Assembly: GCA_051362555.1 (NCBI GenBank)
Contig: CM120640.1
Coordinates: 53,732,788-53,796,787 of the forward strand
Source of the DNA: Lingula anatina
Taxonomy: Eukaryota > Animalia > Brachiopoda
Reading direction: 5' to 3'
Length of the DNA stretch: 64,000 nucleotides
The notes beneath the pieces were generated by a model that did no database searches, was not told where the DNA came from, and saw only the letters and a program-made list of their open reading frames with translations. This document shows positions 12,207 through 26,925 of the stretch, one piece after another; positions within the stretch are counted from its first letter, which is position 1, and the number at the start of each line of letters is the position of its first letter. The position numbers were made by a program, and so were the translations under genes.

Positions 12207-15200
12207 TGATTGTGATGTTGGGGTAAAAACTGAAAAATCGGTTTCTCAAATTTCTCTTTTATCTGTGCACCCAGGATCACCGTTCTAATGACACCATTTA
12301 GTACTCCAAACACTGGCAGCAATTTTTTTAAAGTCTTTGTGCTGATTTTATCGTTGATAAAGCAAAATAATGCCTATGTTTACTGAAAATATGTGATAAG
12401 GGACTCATAACTCCATAACAAAAATATGTTAACCAAAATGAGGCAGGGGATTGTAGCCTATACTCTCCTGGTCAACTCTGCCAATTTTCGTGCATGTGTG
12501 CGTGTGTGTGTGTGTGTGTGTGCACTGGCTAGACAATTTTGTTGGAGCTCAGAAAGTGCACCACCAAGGTTTGTGGACTTAGGAAGAAGGAGAATTTTGA
12601 TTTTCTATTGTACTTTATACTTATGATACATCAAATGCGAATTTTGTGGACGTTAAATCTCCAGTTGGTTAGATGAAATACATTTTGTCTGCATTTGATG
12701 TTTGGCAGTACATGTACGTGGACTGGAGCTATATGCTTAACCCCATCATGCTAATGGCCCATCATACAACATGTGATAGTGACTTACTGCCACAGTGCTC
12801 TGTCTGCAGATGTTTTTCTCTAATTAAAATACGCTATCAGCTAATTCACTGTTTGCGTGTTACTCCGAAGGGAAACGTAATACAGAAAGAACTACCAATT
12901 GGAAATATCTATTCAGAAACTCTGATGGAATTGAAAAGACAATACTAAGAATAAAGCATTGTCCGGTGTCTATAGTAATGTCGCCTGGAAATGAAAAAAA
13001 AAAATTGTGGGAAATGACCTCAGGATAATTTCATGAAAAAAGTCGATGATTATTACAACATACAGTATATCGACAAATTAATGAAAATTAAACACCATGC
13101 AAGAAAGGTTCGATTAGAAATACTTAAAAAAATGTCGATAATGTGAATAATGGAAAACTGAATGAAGAGATCGCTGCTTGTGTCATTTGAATAAAACCCT
13201 CGTAAAAAAACCTTAATATCCATTAAGTTATAATAACAAACAAGCAGATGCCAAATATATATAAAATTCTGCCACTTGGAATTGGAAAAAGTCCAACATT
13301 ATTCCATATGCGCGCTATAACATGATCATTTTCAATTGGTGATTGGTATCCGTCAATTAATTTATTTATGACGCCATCGATAAAAATCAGTTGTCAGTGT
13401 CCGTATGTCGTCTTTTAATTGCTAACAATAATAAACGCACGGGAGATTACTTTACAAATTGTCGCACTGATTCACAAAAGAACCAAAGCGGACGATATAT
13501 CGGTCTCCCATTTAGCTGCTCAGAGGTTTGGTTTTCAAATCTACAAGTTCAGTTCACTTTTTACTGGGTTCAAATGTTTCTGTTATTTCCTGGCAATAGT
13601 GCACTGAAACTTAAACGCTGTGATTGTCTTTTGTTTCCTAAATATTTATTTTGTATGGAAATAATACAAAGCTTAGTCAATCAAAATCTCATTAGCTATA
13701 GCACTTTGCATTGATCCGGAGTACGACGTAATATGACTCTGAGCCAAGCGCCTTTTCAATATTAGTTGAGAGTATATATTTATTTAAATATACCGAGTAT
13801 TTGTCAACATTTAAATACATAGGTGTTAATTTTAATCACATGGTGACAAAAGTCATATAATAATATATAGTCATATAATGTGTTTAAGTAGTGCAAAACA
13901 GTTGCTTCACGACATTTACCAATGAAATTGCTCACAAAGCAAGCACTTGTGAACTATAGTACAATTGATCTAACGAATATCATTGTGTCACTCTTAACAA
14001 ATAACCCTCAACCCTAAAATCTCCACCACTCATAAGGCTTGTCTGTCAGCACATGGTCATTTGACAGTAATTCTAGAGCCTCCCTCAATTTCCTACCCAC
14101 AGCCCCGGCCAGTCAATGGGGGATTTTACATGTTTTCAAACCCTCACAAAATCCAATGTGTTGCTTGATTAATTTTTCAGGCACCCACAAAGTAAACAAT
14201 ACATACTGGTCTGGATGATACTTTGGAGAAGTCGTCACTTAGTACCAGTTCACGCGATTTGATGAGATTATACCCAAAGTTCAAAAATAAATACAGTGTT
14301 TTCTCAAAACTTCAGGTCTTTTTTTCACAATATAAACAATAAACATGAACCTTATGAAAACCAATATGCTTCATCCCAGATCTACATGCATTACCAGTCT
14401 ACAAAAAAATTTTGAAACAAAAATCTTAAAATGTGGCCTCTAGCTCAGAACAAAAAATATGAGCACAAACAAGCAAAAATAAATAAAATTTAAAAAATAA
14501 TATATTTGCATTTTTTCGCAAGTAAAAATTTGCTTCCACTTGATAGAGCATGCTGGATACCAACTCTGATATAGCTCTGATAAAACTCTGATAACTGGTA
14601 TCACGGGCTGTCCTGAAGGTCTTCTGTGTTCCATTTCTGGTACAGATGCATTATCGCGTCTTTTATTATCCGTGATAACTAAGTCTAGAATAAACCAAGA
14701 TGCGCAGAGTACGGTGATACGCGTGTCATGAAATACAAGGTACTATTTTTACAACAAATTATGTAAGTAGAGGGATACATTGAGTAGATATTTGATGCTC
14801 ATTTTGTGGTTAAAATCGATAATGGTACAAAATAAACGAAGTTATGACTGTGGTATTGTTTCGCAGATAACGTTATTTGCAACGTTAAGGGAAATCCTTG
14901 TTTTGATTTGTCACTTATGCATTGCTATACGGTTTCTTGCATGGAAACTAGTCAACATAATGTTAAATAATTCAAATAAGTTGATAAAACTGAGCATCAA
15001 ATGGCATGAGTTATTTTTAATTAAAAAGAAAACGCACATCGGCATTCTAATTAACAAAAACTCGAGATTTATTTCATGCCTTTTCCAGTTAGAGTCGTTG
15101 TTTTGCTGTTTTCCAGCCTCAACCCGATTAACGGAAAGTCATAACGGATGTAGACCTATTGGATGTACATGTACTGGATGTATTGGAGCACCATGCTCTC

Positions 15201-17949
15201 GTTAGGCTAAAAAATAGAAACGCGTAATAATATATAAATACGGTATAGGCAATTTTGTTTATCATCAGTGATAATTTTAAAGCCTCCTCGTGCCCTAATA
15301 TCGAGCAATATTTCTCTGACAATCAATTTGTAGAATCATTTTAAGAAGAGATGTCTGTAAAGAAAGGTCAATGTACGTGATGGTTTTATCTAATCAGCAG
15401 GAGTACCGCCAAACTAAATGTTATTAGTATATGGGAATGAGTAGTAAAGTTTCGGGAAATTTTATTCTTGCAACATTTTCCTTGCATTCTTGCTTAAATT
15501 ACAGCTTACATTCAATTAAACAATATTTAAAATGTTTATTGAATCCCCACATCTTATTGCAAACAACCTGTTTCACAGAAAGGCTTTATGCTTGAAGTAA
15601 TTTATTTTATAAATTAGATTTTATTGTTTTGTATACACATGTTTATTTATCACTACATATATTACTTTATGTGGTAGAATCTGTAAAATTTGGTTTGTAA
15701 AATTAATTTCCCGATTAATTAAGCTTAGTGTGTATAATACAAAGAGTTTATACAGATACGTATATCTCACATTTCCTGAGAATAATTAGTATGGCATTGT
15801 CATAGTCAAAATGCTTTCAGCAGCAGATATATCCATGCAATCTTTTTCTCTACTGAATAACGCTCATGTTTTATTTGGGAGTGCTTTGTATGTGATATGT
15901 TTGTGTAATATGTTAATGTGTTATATAGTTAGCTATATGAGTATATAAATCCCGTTTGAAAGAGAAACATCTACTTTGTGGCAGTTATATTCATGGCGGC
16001 TCTTCTGTACAGATACACCTACAAATTTCATAGTTATTTTCCCATGAAACTATTCAAATTGACTTGATGACAAGATAACTTAGGTTACGCGGCTATATTC
16101 CACTTTAAAAAATTAAAAACTGGAAACGTGTCCATTTTTCTTTGTTATCATTATAGGACATTTACAAAAAAAACTTTGCTGACACAAAAATATTTTCTTT
16201 AATTCCTAATATTTTCTTCGTCGTAACTGATGTTGTTTTGCACTGCAAAATGGACACAAACAATTACACATAGCAATACTGTAGACATACTTCACCTAAG
16301 AAACTGCTTTTCGCCCAGAAACAAATAAATCAATCATTTTTGTGCGACGCCATGCGTGGAAAAACATTAATCAATATATCAAGTTACCTCTTGATAGTAG
16401 TTAACAAATCCGTGGAGAAATTTCAGCAAGACTACACATGGCACATGGATCATCAATTTATCATCGTTATGCCCCGTGTTTTATAAACCGAGTATTGTCA
16501 CATCATACTTCACACACAGATTTTCTCAGTCGTTAACATTTTGAACTTATCTATTTCATTAACTGATGGGTGCGTGGCACACTAGTTTATGTTCCCACCT
16601 CAAAGCAAGCACGCCGCAACGACCTCTTGCATTCATGAAATATATGGCTCTTTAAAGATAATATTCACAGTAATGAATAACTGTCGGCCTAATGGTTCAC
16701 GCAGAAATTATTGCATGGAAACAGGGCGACTCTAGTTATAGCATATTTACCTTCTTATCTTCTCGTTGGGTACAAATAGAAAAGGCCATCGCCAAAGGAA
16801 TATTATCCCCTCTGTTATGCCTGTGAAGTAACTCATAAACTAGACTTTTTTGCCGTCTCTGTTTCACGTATCATTCCATTTCAGCAAGTTTTGGAAATAA
16901 TGAGAACGGAATCCAAATATATTACGGAAATATCTCGTCCGGCAACAGAGTGGGTATCGAATAAACTTCAAACTTATAATCGTAGGGGACTGTTTAGTAA
17001 TCCGCTGGGAACGATAGCCCGCTTCTTATTACTTTGTGCAGGTGACACTTGTACCTTATGGCGACTCGATACTCCTGACTTATCATATGGGGCCCCGTAT
17101 CGTACTTCAATTCCTAGGGCTACCATCCCTGGCAACGGTTTGACGTAAGGGCTTATGTTTGTTCATACGAGCAACGACATGGTGGAGTTTCAACGCTTAT
17201 TCGCCGTACTCTTTCTTACAAGAAAAAACATTAGGACTTACAGTTAAATGTTGTTTTCTTTTGTTCTTACATCAAGTTCACCTCTTCTAATCAAATGATC
17301 TCTTTCAGCATCCATACTTGCCTTTTAAAACTTGATATTTGAAGATATATTTTCTATTACGTCACCTTTTTATTTCGCAAAATCCAGCTTGCAGCTGTTA
17401 TCAGCATTATGGAAAATTAGTTTTGTTTGTGAATTCAACCAATCAAAGATAACCTCATGTGCGCACTGTACAATATTCAATTTTCACATTATTTGACTCT
17501 TGAAAAAACGTTAGTTGCGCTTGATTATATTCTAGCTTTTAATTAGTCATCCTATATTCAACCTGTTACTTTGCGATTAACAAAAAGGGAAGCCATTGTA
17601 TTAAACTAAGTATACTATTCCTTTCGACAGGATTCGTACCTAAATTTAAAAACTATTCAACCTAGTTTAAGGTACAAAGGTGATGATAAATCAACCGTTC
17701 AGTTTAACAACTGAGGATATTGAGATGAATATATCTGTTAAGGGGCAATTTGAATACCCTCTGCAAGCGACATAAAATTGCAACTTTTAAACTACAACAC
17801 CACCAACAACAAAAAGGCACCGTTTGTCTAAATCTTCTGTTTCAAATCACATAATGTACAAAAAACATCGTTCCTCGTGTCTCGACAAACATTTTGAATT
17901 GATGACTCATATTGGATTTTTCATTAAGAATAAACTGATAAAGCCAAAT

Positions 17950-18450
17950 CATGATACGTACAGATAAAACAGTTGTTACTTCTTTTAAGACAATATATTC
18001 TTGACCTCAGTCTGTTCATACAAAAATATTTTTAAAAAAATACCAAACTTACAACATTCGATGTTTACTTTTTGATTTCTCAAGAGATGTCCACTGTAAC
18101 TATACAAAACTAAATTGATACTTCTTCAATGCATTGCTTCCGTCACAAATTTTAAAACCGGTTTGATTCAACAACTTTCATCACATCCACGCAGTGCATC
18201 ATATGTAAAGGATAGTCCAAAAATGAATAACATATTTTGTGACTCCCTGGATGATGGCAAGTTATCCTATGTTCGCAGCTCCTATCCTCTATGAGGAAGC
18301 AACTACCAATACCATTAAGGTCACCGAGGTACATGTCTCAATCTATAATTTGTAAACCACTGGATCACTTCATTGGAACCTGACTAGTCGAAAAATTGTG
18401 TAGTCAGATTGCCACGGAATGCAAGTAAAAGGGCAATTCTTCAGAAAGCT
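17950..18450 (-). mobile_element. Highly degenerate LINE reverse-transcriptase remnant
   Basis: Frame-shifted minus-strand fragments VIQWFTNY...LNG and QGVTKYVI...LYI resemble the RT motifs 'L.WF.SYL..R.Q.V..NG' and 'GVPQGSVLGP.LF.IYIND'; many stops. Confidence 0.3.
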
Positions 18451-20949
18451 GGGAAGATATATCCTTGAGAAGGTCATGACATGTATCATAATATGTAGAG
18501 ACTGAAAGCAGTGTACAAGTGTGCAGTGTGTGTGTGTGATTAATCACCTTTTCTCATATATTGCGTGCTAAAATCCAAAACATTGCAATTCAGGCATTGC
18601 TCTTGAATCAAAGCCTTGACGTGCTGGAGGCAATAGTATGAAGTGTCATTAAATGAAATTTTACAGAATTATAGTGAATATAATAAGAGGTTTAATATAT
18701 GGTGTTTTTTTTGTCCATTTGAAGAATATGCCATTTCATTCTCTCTCTCTCAAAAAAAAAAAAAAAGTGAAAACAATCAAGCAAAGTGTCGGTTGTGATT
18801 GATATAATGTAGCACATCGGAGCTAAATCACCCCAGATGATAAAAGTCTTAATGTAGCTTGACAAAAAAGTAAGACTATTCCAACTGAACAGACTAAAGA
18901 CGTTTCTGGACAATATGCCATAGTTTTATGACTTATCGTGATTTCTCCCTGAAGACAGCACACTAAATCACGAAGATGTGAGACTAAACCGAGATATGAT
19001 TTCCCAGGTTGTATTTGTTGCTAATTCGGATACACAAAACTGTCACCTACTGAAACAGGGTTAAAGAGATTAAAATGGAAAAAATAATCCACGACCTAAT
19101 GAGAGCGAAAACATTTTAAGACACTACACATGTAGTAGTTTTAAACCTTAGTTTTCTACCTTAGTAATATAAAATTAATTATCCAGCTTTCAAAATTACA
19201 GGTAGATCGCCATCTTGCGATGGCAAGGATTGATGCGTCCGCCATTCCTGATGCATGTAAATATATTTCATTATTTACTCTCAGTAAGAAAAGCAATTGA
19301 TCGGACAGGGCAACTACCTCCAGATTATATCTAAATGTCTATTTAATTACTTGCAAATCCTCTTATACGATCCAATTAGTTCGCCATATTTAGATTTTCT
19401 CAAACAGTTTTCATAGACGACAAATTGTACTTACCATTCTTTGAGGTGTTCTTTTCAATACTGCAAGAACAATTCTAAACAAGTCTCCAGAGTTACTTTC
19501 TAAGGTATGCCTGTGAATGCGAGTTCGTTGTTCAGAAAAGATCACCTAGATCACCCATGCTATCTTCAGTTAGGCATATATTTTTCGCAAAGCCTTGTTA
19601 GTAGCGAGTCGGATATATTACTTATAATGTATGTAGAGGAAGAGTCCAGACCGTAATTTCCCCAGCAGCGTAAATGATTATGAAACGAGGTCGAATGCAC
19701 TTAAATATTTTGTCAGTGAAGCTGCATGCAAATGCAGGACAGCAGCAAGAGCAATCAATATTACTACTGAACAGCTTTCCCTTTCCAGAAGGAGCTTATA
19801 AACCTCGGCATACGCTCTGACGGCGAAGAAAAGAGACATCAAGGTGACCGTTATTGTCTATCAATATTGATACATATTAAGCGCTCTGCCACATATTAAC
19901 GGTAGTCGGCCTACTTAATGCGACCAGGTTCAAAACACCTTATAAATTTTCATAGTATGCTAAGCTGATATTTAAATTTCTGTCTGAAATGGCATCCAGA
20001 AAATACAACCAATTGAAAATGTATCATCGGATAAAACGACAGGAAAACAAACTTTTGCTAAGTACAATTCTTAAAGGTAATGGTATCATAAAACCCGCAT
20101 CTGTGGACAGTTCACATGAAGTGTTTGAAGGCAAATCAAGCGATCCTAATACAGTAAAAATATGGTTAGTGTTAAGCCAAAGCTTCTCAAGACTGCTCAA
20201 ATCCTCAAGATGAGATGACAGAGGTTGTCTGAGATTGACACTTGAATGACCTTTGAACTACTTGGTTGCCAACGGTACCGATATATGTGATCATATCTGT
20301 ATTGAAACTGGTGACACCTGCATTCACATCGATGTTATTTATGGCCGTGTGTGAACAAAACACGTACATATCTTGATATTTTATACTTTCTGTCTTACTT
20401 TGTGGTTTCATTATGGTTAAAGCATGCACAGTTTCAAACACATATTCGTAATATTGATGACTGATTTCTCCAGTACGTTAATAAAAACAACATATCGGCG
20501 CCGATCGGTATATGTGTAACGGACTTATCATTCGAGCACAATTACCCAAGTATATAAACGTTGGACAGTCAGCTGAAGATGGTGGCTTTTAGTTTCACTT
20601 CTGTCTTGAAATCATACTTGCTGCACAATCCATTTAATTTTTTCGGTAAATGTATAAAAATAAAGTGAAAATTAAACGTCATCAGGATTATATCACCATT
20701 TCATGGCACCATCCTGCAATCATACATAGTTAAGAGCCGCATGTTGCAAAACCCAATATTCAGCTAATTTTGAGCGGTTATGATCAGACTTACTTCTCCG
20801 GCAATAGCAACATGCGCTGCAGAACAAACAACCTGCAATATATGGCCGTGTCAGCTTTGACCTTTTGATAATGAACCCTGTGTTATACTCGAATCGATCC
20901 TTCATACAGTATAACATTACCTTGAAATATTATTCACATAAAGCAAGGA

Positions 20950-22100
20950 AAAACGTTTAAGAAGCCACCGTGGTCAAAATGTTAAAATAAGGTAATTCAT
21001 GATTGGTTTGTCTGTTGTTCTATTGATTTTGCAAGTTGGCTTGTGGAAGTGGATGAAATCTAATACATCCTTGTCTGATTGAAATAACACTAATGGCGAT
21101 TGGACATAATATGACCTGTGGAAGAAAACGAACTTACCGGTTTTAGTTTGTCACCGTGGGATTTCTTCATTTTGCCTTTAACAGTTATTCACAAATATCC
21201 CAATAAACCACAACGTTACACAGTTTATATCTTATATCTGCAAGCTAGTGCATCGACACAAGCAAACGCTCCGAAAAATGAGTTAATCCACTTCCCGTTG
21301 CCTTACATTAAATGGACACGAGAAACAAAAAATATTTTCAGATACACTCCATAGTTCTTCATCACACGCAGCCGTCGGACTAGAAATTTAACTCTTGAAT
21401 TTGAACATCTGCCCAGTCTGCTTTAACCCAGAAAACGCTTGCATTAGAGTTAAGCTTCACGACCAGCTTATATTTTCAGTGAAGTGAACCCGTGGTGTTT
21501 ATATCTTCAATAATTCTTGTCACGAAGAGCTAATATCATTCTACACGGCTTGGTGGTCTTTTCCTGTATGCCCTCACACCAGACCCTGGATATGATGAAA
21601 GGTACTTCACAGGAAAAGCAGAATTGTATCTAATTTAAAGGTAGAACATCGTTTCAGCGTGCAGTGCCCGCATATACTGAACCCAGGCTTCACTTCTCTT
21701 TCAACTGCATGAATCCGTTCCTCCAGACAGTTAGCGCATTTAACAATATAATCATCAACCCCCATCGGAGGTTTAGAGCGATAAACCAATCAAATGCATG
21801 TTGCATACGTCTCCGCGTTGTCGTTATTTATTCCATCGGAGCTTTTCCTGCCTTCATCTATATGACTTTTGTCTTTATACGTGGATGAATGATTTATTGA
21901 ACCACCTGATTGTAATGAATAAATTATTCCATTATGACTCTTACAGAATGTTTTAATGGTGTGAAGCTCATATTAGAATTCGATCCATATGAGTATCTAT
22001 ACAGATTTGTTACTCGTTACGTTACCAAAAAAAGTCAGTTTTCAAAGAATGCTGGCTACAGCGGCAAACACTATGGATTAATACATCAGACCACGTTTAA
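20950..22100 (-). mobile_element. Degenerate LINE ORF2 (APE endonuclease) remnant
   Basis: Minus-strand translation TCI*LVYRSKPP...GFSICG...TFKLDTILLF*STFHHI and later TDKPIMN resemble the 'VYRPP', 'I.GDFN', 'L.Q.V.FPT...TLD.I' and 'DKPW' motifs of L2/CR1-group ORF2; interrupted by stops. Confidence 0.35.
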
Positions 22101-25100
22101 GTTCATAAATGGGGATGGACAGATGGGCCAAGTGTTTTAAGTGCGGGTGCTTCATATAGATTCTGATATAGATACGGCTTTTTAAACATTGACTGAATAA
22201 AGATAATGAAGTAGATAAATGAATGCAATGTATATGAAATATAAGCACCAGTTTCTTACAAAACATAAAATTTCATAAGTTAAACAATAATTGGTATTCA
22301 TTTCTCGAGCAGCAGAGAATAACCTGCCCCTTTATGGTCGTAAATTTGAATTTTATGTACTTATTATCGGCCCAGTCCGTAAAACACGGATAAAATGCAC
22401 AAATATCTGTACCAATATAAATTTCAGGAGATAATGTAACGAAACTGTGGCAACCACTGGTGGCATTTGGTCGGGTTCAGCAGCAGTTATTTGACATAAA
22501 TATTCGCTTATTATGCATCTTTAACTGGTTAAACTGAGGTCTTACCAGGTCCGAAATTTACGATGTTGTCTTGCACCTTTCATGGGGCTGCCTGTAGAGA
22601 TTCTCTCCATATATTCTCGTGTTACCAATGTGAACCGTATGCAATAAGGAAGTTCCACAGACCGCAGGAATATCTACCACATAAGTACAAAGAATCTTTA
22701 GAGTATCTAAAGAATTGTTAATATGTATAGTTGTTCTATGTATCACGAGCTGAATAGAATGATGGGAAATTTGGAGAGAGAGAGAGAGGGGGGTTGTGTG
22801 TGCAATATAGATTAGAGCGATTGCACAATGATAAACGATTTAGTACCGTACCTAATTAGTTTGGCTTTTCAGCCTCAGTATATTCATCATGATAATAATT
22901 CTTTCCACGGCATAAGCGTTTAACGGAGATGTAGGCCTATTACCATCAAATGTCTACTTTTATTAAGTGCACTTTCTCAGAAACATTTAAGACGTGTTTG
23001 ACCTGACTGGCCCTGCCAAACTCATCTACAGAGTACAACAGATATAAGACTTCTCCTCTCCGTTTGCAAAAGTTCTGAAATGAGCCAATATATCACTCTT
23101 TTAATCATAGTGAATCGATACCATTAGATGAAGTATGTTTTAACACTGCTACCAGTATATAGAGTGCCATGAATCTAAATTAGTTTTTTCACTCGATGCA
23201 AAGGGGTTTGCTAAGATATTCGAAACACCGATAACCAGTGTGGATGGCATAAACTTACAATAACTTATCAACCAAATGTATAATGTTAAATTTTACAACC
23301 TTGGCACATAACCATATACTTAATTGTCCCTGCAGCTTAATCTACTTAATTCGCCTTTTGCCAAACCCATCCATTCTTCCTTGATCCGGTGTTGCTACCC
23401 AATTATTTACAAGGCTCCCGTTGCTATGCCAGCCAATCTCTCAAATTGCTCAGTCCGCGTTGTTGGCAATCTATTGCATTCCTCTACTTATCCGACCATT
23501 CTTAAGCCTCATGGTTTCTTGCAATTGGCTTTGACATTTGCTTTGTTTCTATAGTCCAATACCCATTCGTCTTTCACCTCCCCACCAAAACCACCTAACT
23601 GCATTTCCAATTGGTACCTTGTAGACCTTGTTACCGTCCCGCCTATGCCCTATATTTCTTTGTGATTTACCCACTCACGCCTTATTCTTGATTCATCTTG
23701 TCCACCTATGATAAAGTATTTCTGTAATATATGTTACCCACTTGACATAGGCTTTGGTCCCTTATTCATCCTTCAAAAGGATTGGTTCCCTAGACAACAA
23801 TGACTGGCACCCTTCCAACCTATGCTGTGATGCCTAGTGTCCAATCATCCTACTGTAAATTTATTTCTGTTTTCATTTAGTACTCTTATCCCTAAATAAA
23901 AGTGTGCAAGCTAACGATATCTATAGGTATTGAATGACCATTGCTACTTGAACATGAATATGATATACGTCTGCTTTCTTCCTATGCCGGGTGCAATCTG
24001 CATGAATAGTGCCAAGTACAGATGATTGTGGTTCTATTTCCGACAAAAACCTATTATTTCAGACTAATATAAGAGTTTCAGAATTGACAACACGGTGTTA
24101 TTGTTAAATAATTGCGTTGTGACACCAGTTAAAAGGTGTGCCGTTGTAATTTCATGACATCATTATTCTGCTGTATATACTAAAATGGCTATAAGACCGC
24201 AGGAAAAGCACTGATTTCTATGAAATTTTGAATTTAAATATGATGAATTATAATAAACACAGATGACCTCATACACAGCTTTTCAAGTCGTGTAATTTTA
24301 TGTATCATTGATAATATTATTAATTTTATTGAGTCTGCCATACAAAACAAAGTATATTGGTATGCCCTCAAAATACTCGTTAATCTATCAGAATCCATAT
24401 TAGTCACTGAAAATGGAGCTATACCCAATTGAAATAAGATACAATTATTTCCAAATTGTAGACGTGCAACCAAAATACGAAACCCCATCTTAACAACATT
24501 CCACCAGAAATTGTTAGCAACAACCCACCAGAAAATTCATCTCAGTCGGGGACGTTTGCGTGTGATACATGTTATGGAGAAGTATTTTCATTTGACTGGT
24601 CGGATTGATAATTTCTGTTTACTCTGCTTTCATATGGTAGGACGCCGTTTCTTAATAAAATCGTTTTGTGCATAGTAAGTACTTCAACGTGTTTATGGTT
24701 GTACACCAATGCTCCTTAATCCCTGTTGGATGGATATGAAATAAACATATTACTAAATCATCCCCTGCCGCAAGTCCCTGTGTAGTACGTACATATAATT
24801 ACAACGACAGAAATACATATTTAATGCACCTCATACAATATGTTTTCTATGCAGTTTTTAAGAATGGATGCACTTGGCCGGAGTGCAAGATTTACAGCGA
24901 ACGACAAGGTGTCAAAGTTAAAAGCTGTAACTCTTAACTACAACACCAATTAGCGAAATACTTTGGAGATTGAAGCAACTGACGATGTAAGGCATATTAT
25001 TCCCTTGCAACCCGGTCGAAGTCAAGAGAAAAAGGTTTATGAAATAGGCTCTAGAGATAGACACCGTCAAATACGAAGGGAAACTGCGCACACGCACCAG

Positions 25101-25435
25101 AGTTTAACAAAGGTTGATTTAGTTTATGCAAACGCCACCATAAGATACAAAGACTGCAAACTTCAATTTATGCTTTTACCAAGCAATGGAGCATCATTAA
25201 AGAAGAACGACCTGCAACACACAGCAGGGCTGCTGAATATTTCATATTCCCCTTGGGATACAACAACAAAATTAGCCGCAAGAAACTGGCAGGCACACGT
25301 ATCAATATCCCATTTAGAAAACCGTTTCGTGTCTCTAGAGCCCACTAGTATTAATTGCCCCTCTCTTACAATAACATGAGCAAACGTTTGGTATTTAGTA
25401 GCCTGCATATTCCTTTTTTCAGGCCAGAGTAATAT

Positions 25436-25453
25436 ACACACACACACACACAG

Positions 25454-25482
<29 letters not shown>
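25436..25482. repeat. (CA)n microsatellite
   Basis: About 23 CA units with one interruption. Confidence 0.95.
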
Positions 25483-25484
<2 letters not shown>

Positions 25485-25671
25485 GCCTTCGGACCCAACA
25501 ACCAAATTACATGCAGCACTACAAAATAGAATTTGGAAGTAATTTGATGGAATTTATTGCCAAAATACTTACTGTACAAAACAACAACAACTTATTTCAA
25601 ATCAAACGCTATATACTCCTTTTTGTTAAGACATAACACTTGTTATTAACGTCAGAATTAGATTTCTGCAT

Positions 25672-25835
25672 CAGGCCCGTAGCCAGGGGGGGTTCGGGGG
25701 GTTCGAAAGAACCGCCCCTTTTTGTCAGGAAAAGGTCCATTTTGGGTAAAATTTGATCTAGGTACACATAAGTTTCATTGCAAAAGGTCCACTTTTTCAG
25801 AAAAAGAACTTTTGAATTTGCTGGCCACGGGCCTG
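25672..25835. mobile_element. MITE copy 1, TIR CAGGCCCGTAGCCAG, 5-bp TSD TGCAT (hAT5-like)
   Basis: tgcat-CAGGCCCGTAGCCAG...CTGGCCACGGGCCTG-tgcat; homologous to the copy at 38084. Confidence 0.85.
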
Positions 25836-26744
25836 TGCATGATCATATCATTTACACTAATAGCCATTTAGCAATAAAGTATAACATACATACCATCATG
25901 ATAGTTTAAACGCCTAATGCTATACGCATACATATATTCAAAATTTACTTAACTTGCCCGTGTGGATATTATGCAGCTAGGGGAGGTAATGCTTTGATAC
26001 CTGGGATACACGTACGCTTGATTGATCATACTTTATTTCCTCGAACTGTGATTTGCAGTTTTTAATTTCCGCCTTGTGTGGTTACAGATTCAGTGAGGTC
26101 TGTTAAATTATTCCGTGTCTGATTGTTGATTTCGTCTACAATGTATCACCGATAATGAAAATTAATAAGAAGGCAAATGGAAGCTATTATATAATAGCAT
26201 CTTCACAAGATTCATTATAGAGAGAAAAAGATGGCGCACAAGTAGCTTTTCTGTCACCCTACCATCTGTGATAACAATTAAAAGTATTAATCATTCGCTT
26301 TACTCGTTTCAAATTGTGTGTTTGGTTAAAAAGAATTTAGAGCAGACATGCCAAATTACTTATTGTCGGTGCACTAAAACACTGAGTGCGGTATTGAATG
26401 TACATCTGTATTCTTTCACATATAAGAGCTGATTGTGGATCCATCCTCCAAATAATTAGGTTAAACGCCAAGAAAATGATAAACATCTTGACTCTAAGAT
26501 AATGTATTTACATAATCCCATATGCACTCAGCGATTAGAAATTTGTAAAAGTGCCATTCGGTTTAATGACGTCAATAAGAATACATTGCAATTTTAGAAA
26601 TGTGCCCACCTTAATACATCAATATTGTCTCCATTAAAACGTTAATCAGAACCATTTTTGGAATGATAACAGAAAACCAGCACATCACAGTTGGGAGAAG
26701 TCGACTTATTGCTGGGCTGACAACCGGATGTAATATTGGAGTAA

Positions 26745-26925
26745 GGGGCCGTTCAGAATGAGTTTTGTCGACCTATAGCTAATGTGCACTAACCCCACGG
26801 AGACTCTCGCTGAATGCAATCAGATAAACAGATTAAAATCGGTTTATCTTATTACATTCAGCGAGAATCCCCATAGAGTTAGTGCGCAGTAGATATTGTA
26901 ACCTAACTCATTCTGAAAAGGACCC
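26745..26925. mobile_element. Near-fully palindromic MITE (PIF/Harbinger-like ends)
   Basis: gggccgttcagaatgagtt...ctcgctgaatgcaatcagataaac pairs with gtttatcttattacattcagcgag...aactcattctgaaaaggaccc; TAA on the left flank. Confidence 0.6.

Noticed and set aside
16891-17148. Plus-strand ORF with exon-like ag/gt borders near 17042-17145
   Set aside because: No partner exons or recognisable protein; cannot be supported.
20100-20215. LRR-like peptide EDLSSLEKLWLNTNHI on the minus strand
   Set aside because: Single unit with no convincing splice sites or neighbouring repeats; chance or a retroelement remnant.
21607-21789. CxxC...CxxC mini zinc-finger ORF
   Set aside because: Flanked by in-frame stops and better explained as decayed LINE endonuclease sequence.
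24963-25579. Two overlapping 138-aa ORFs on opposite strands
   Set aside because: No recognisable motifs; one runs through a (CA)n microsatellite.
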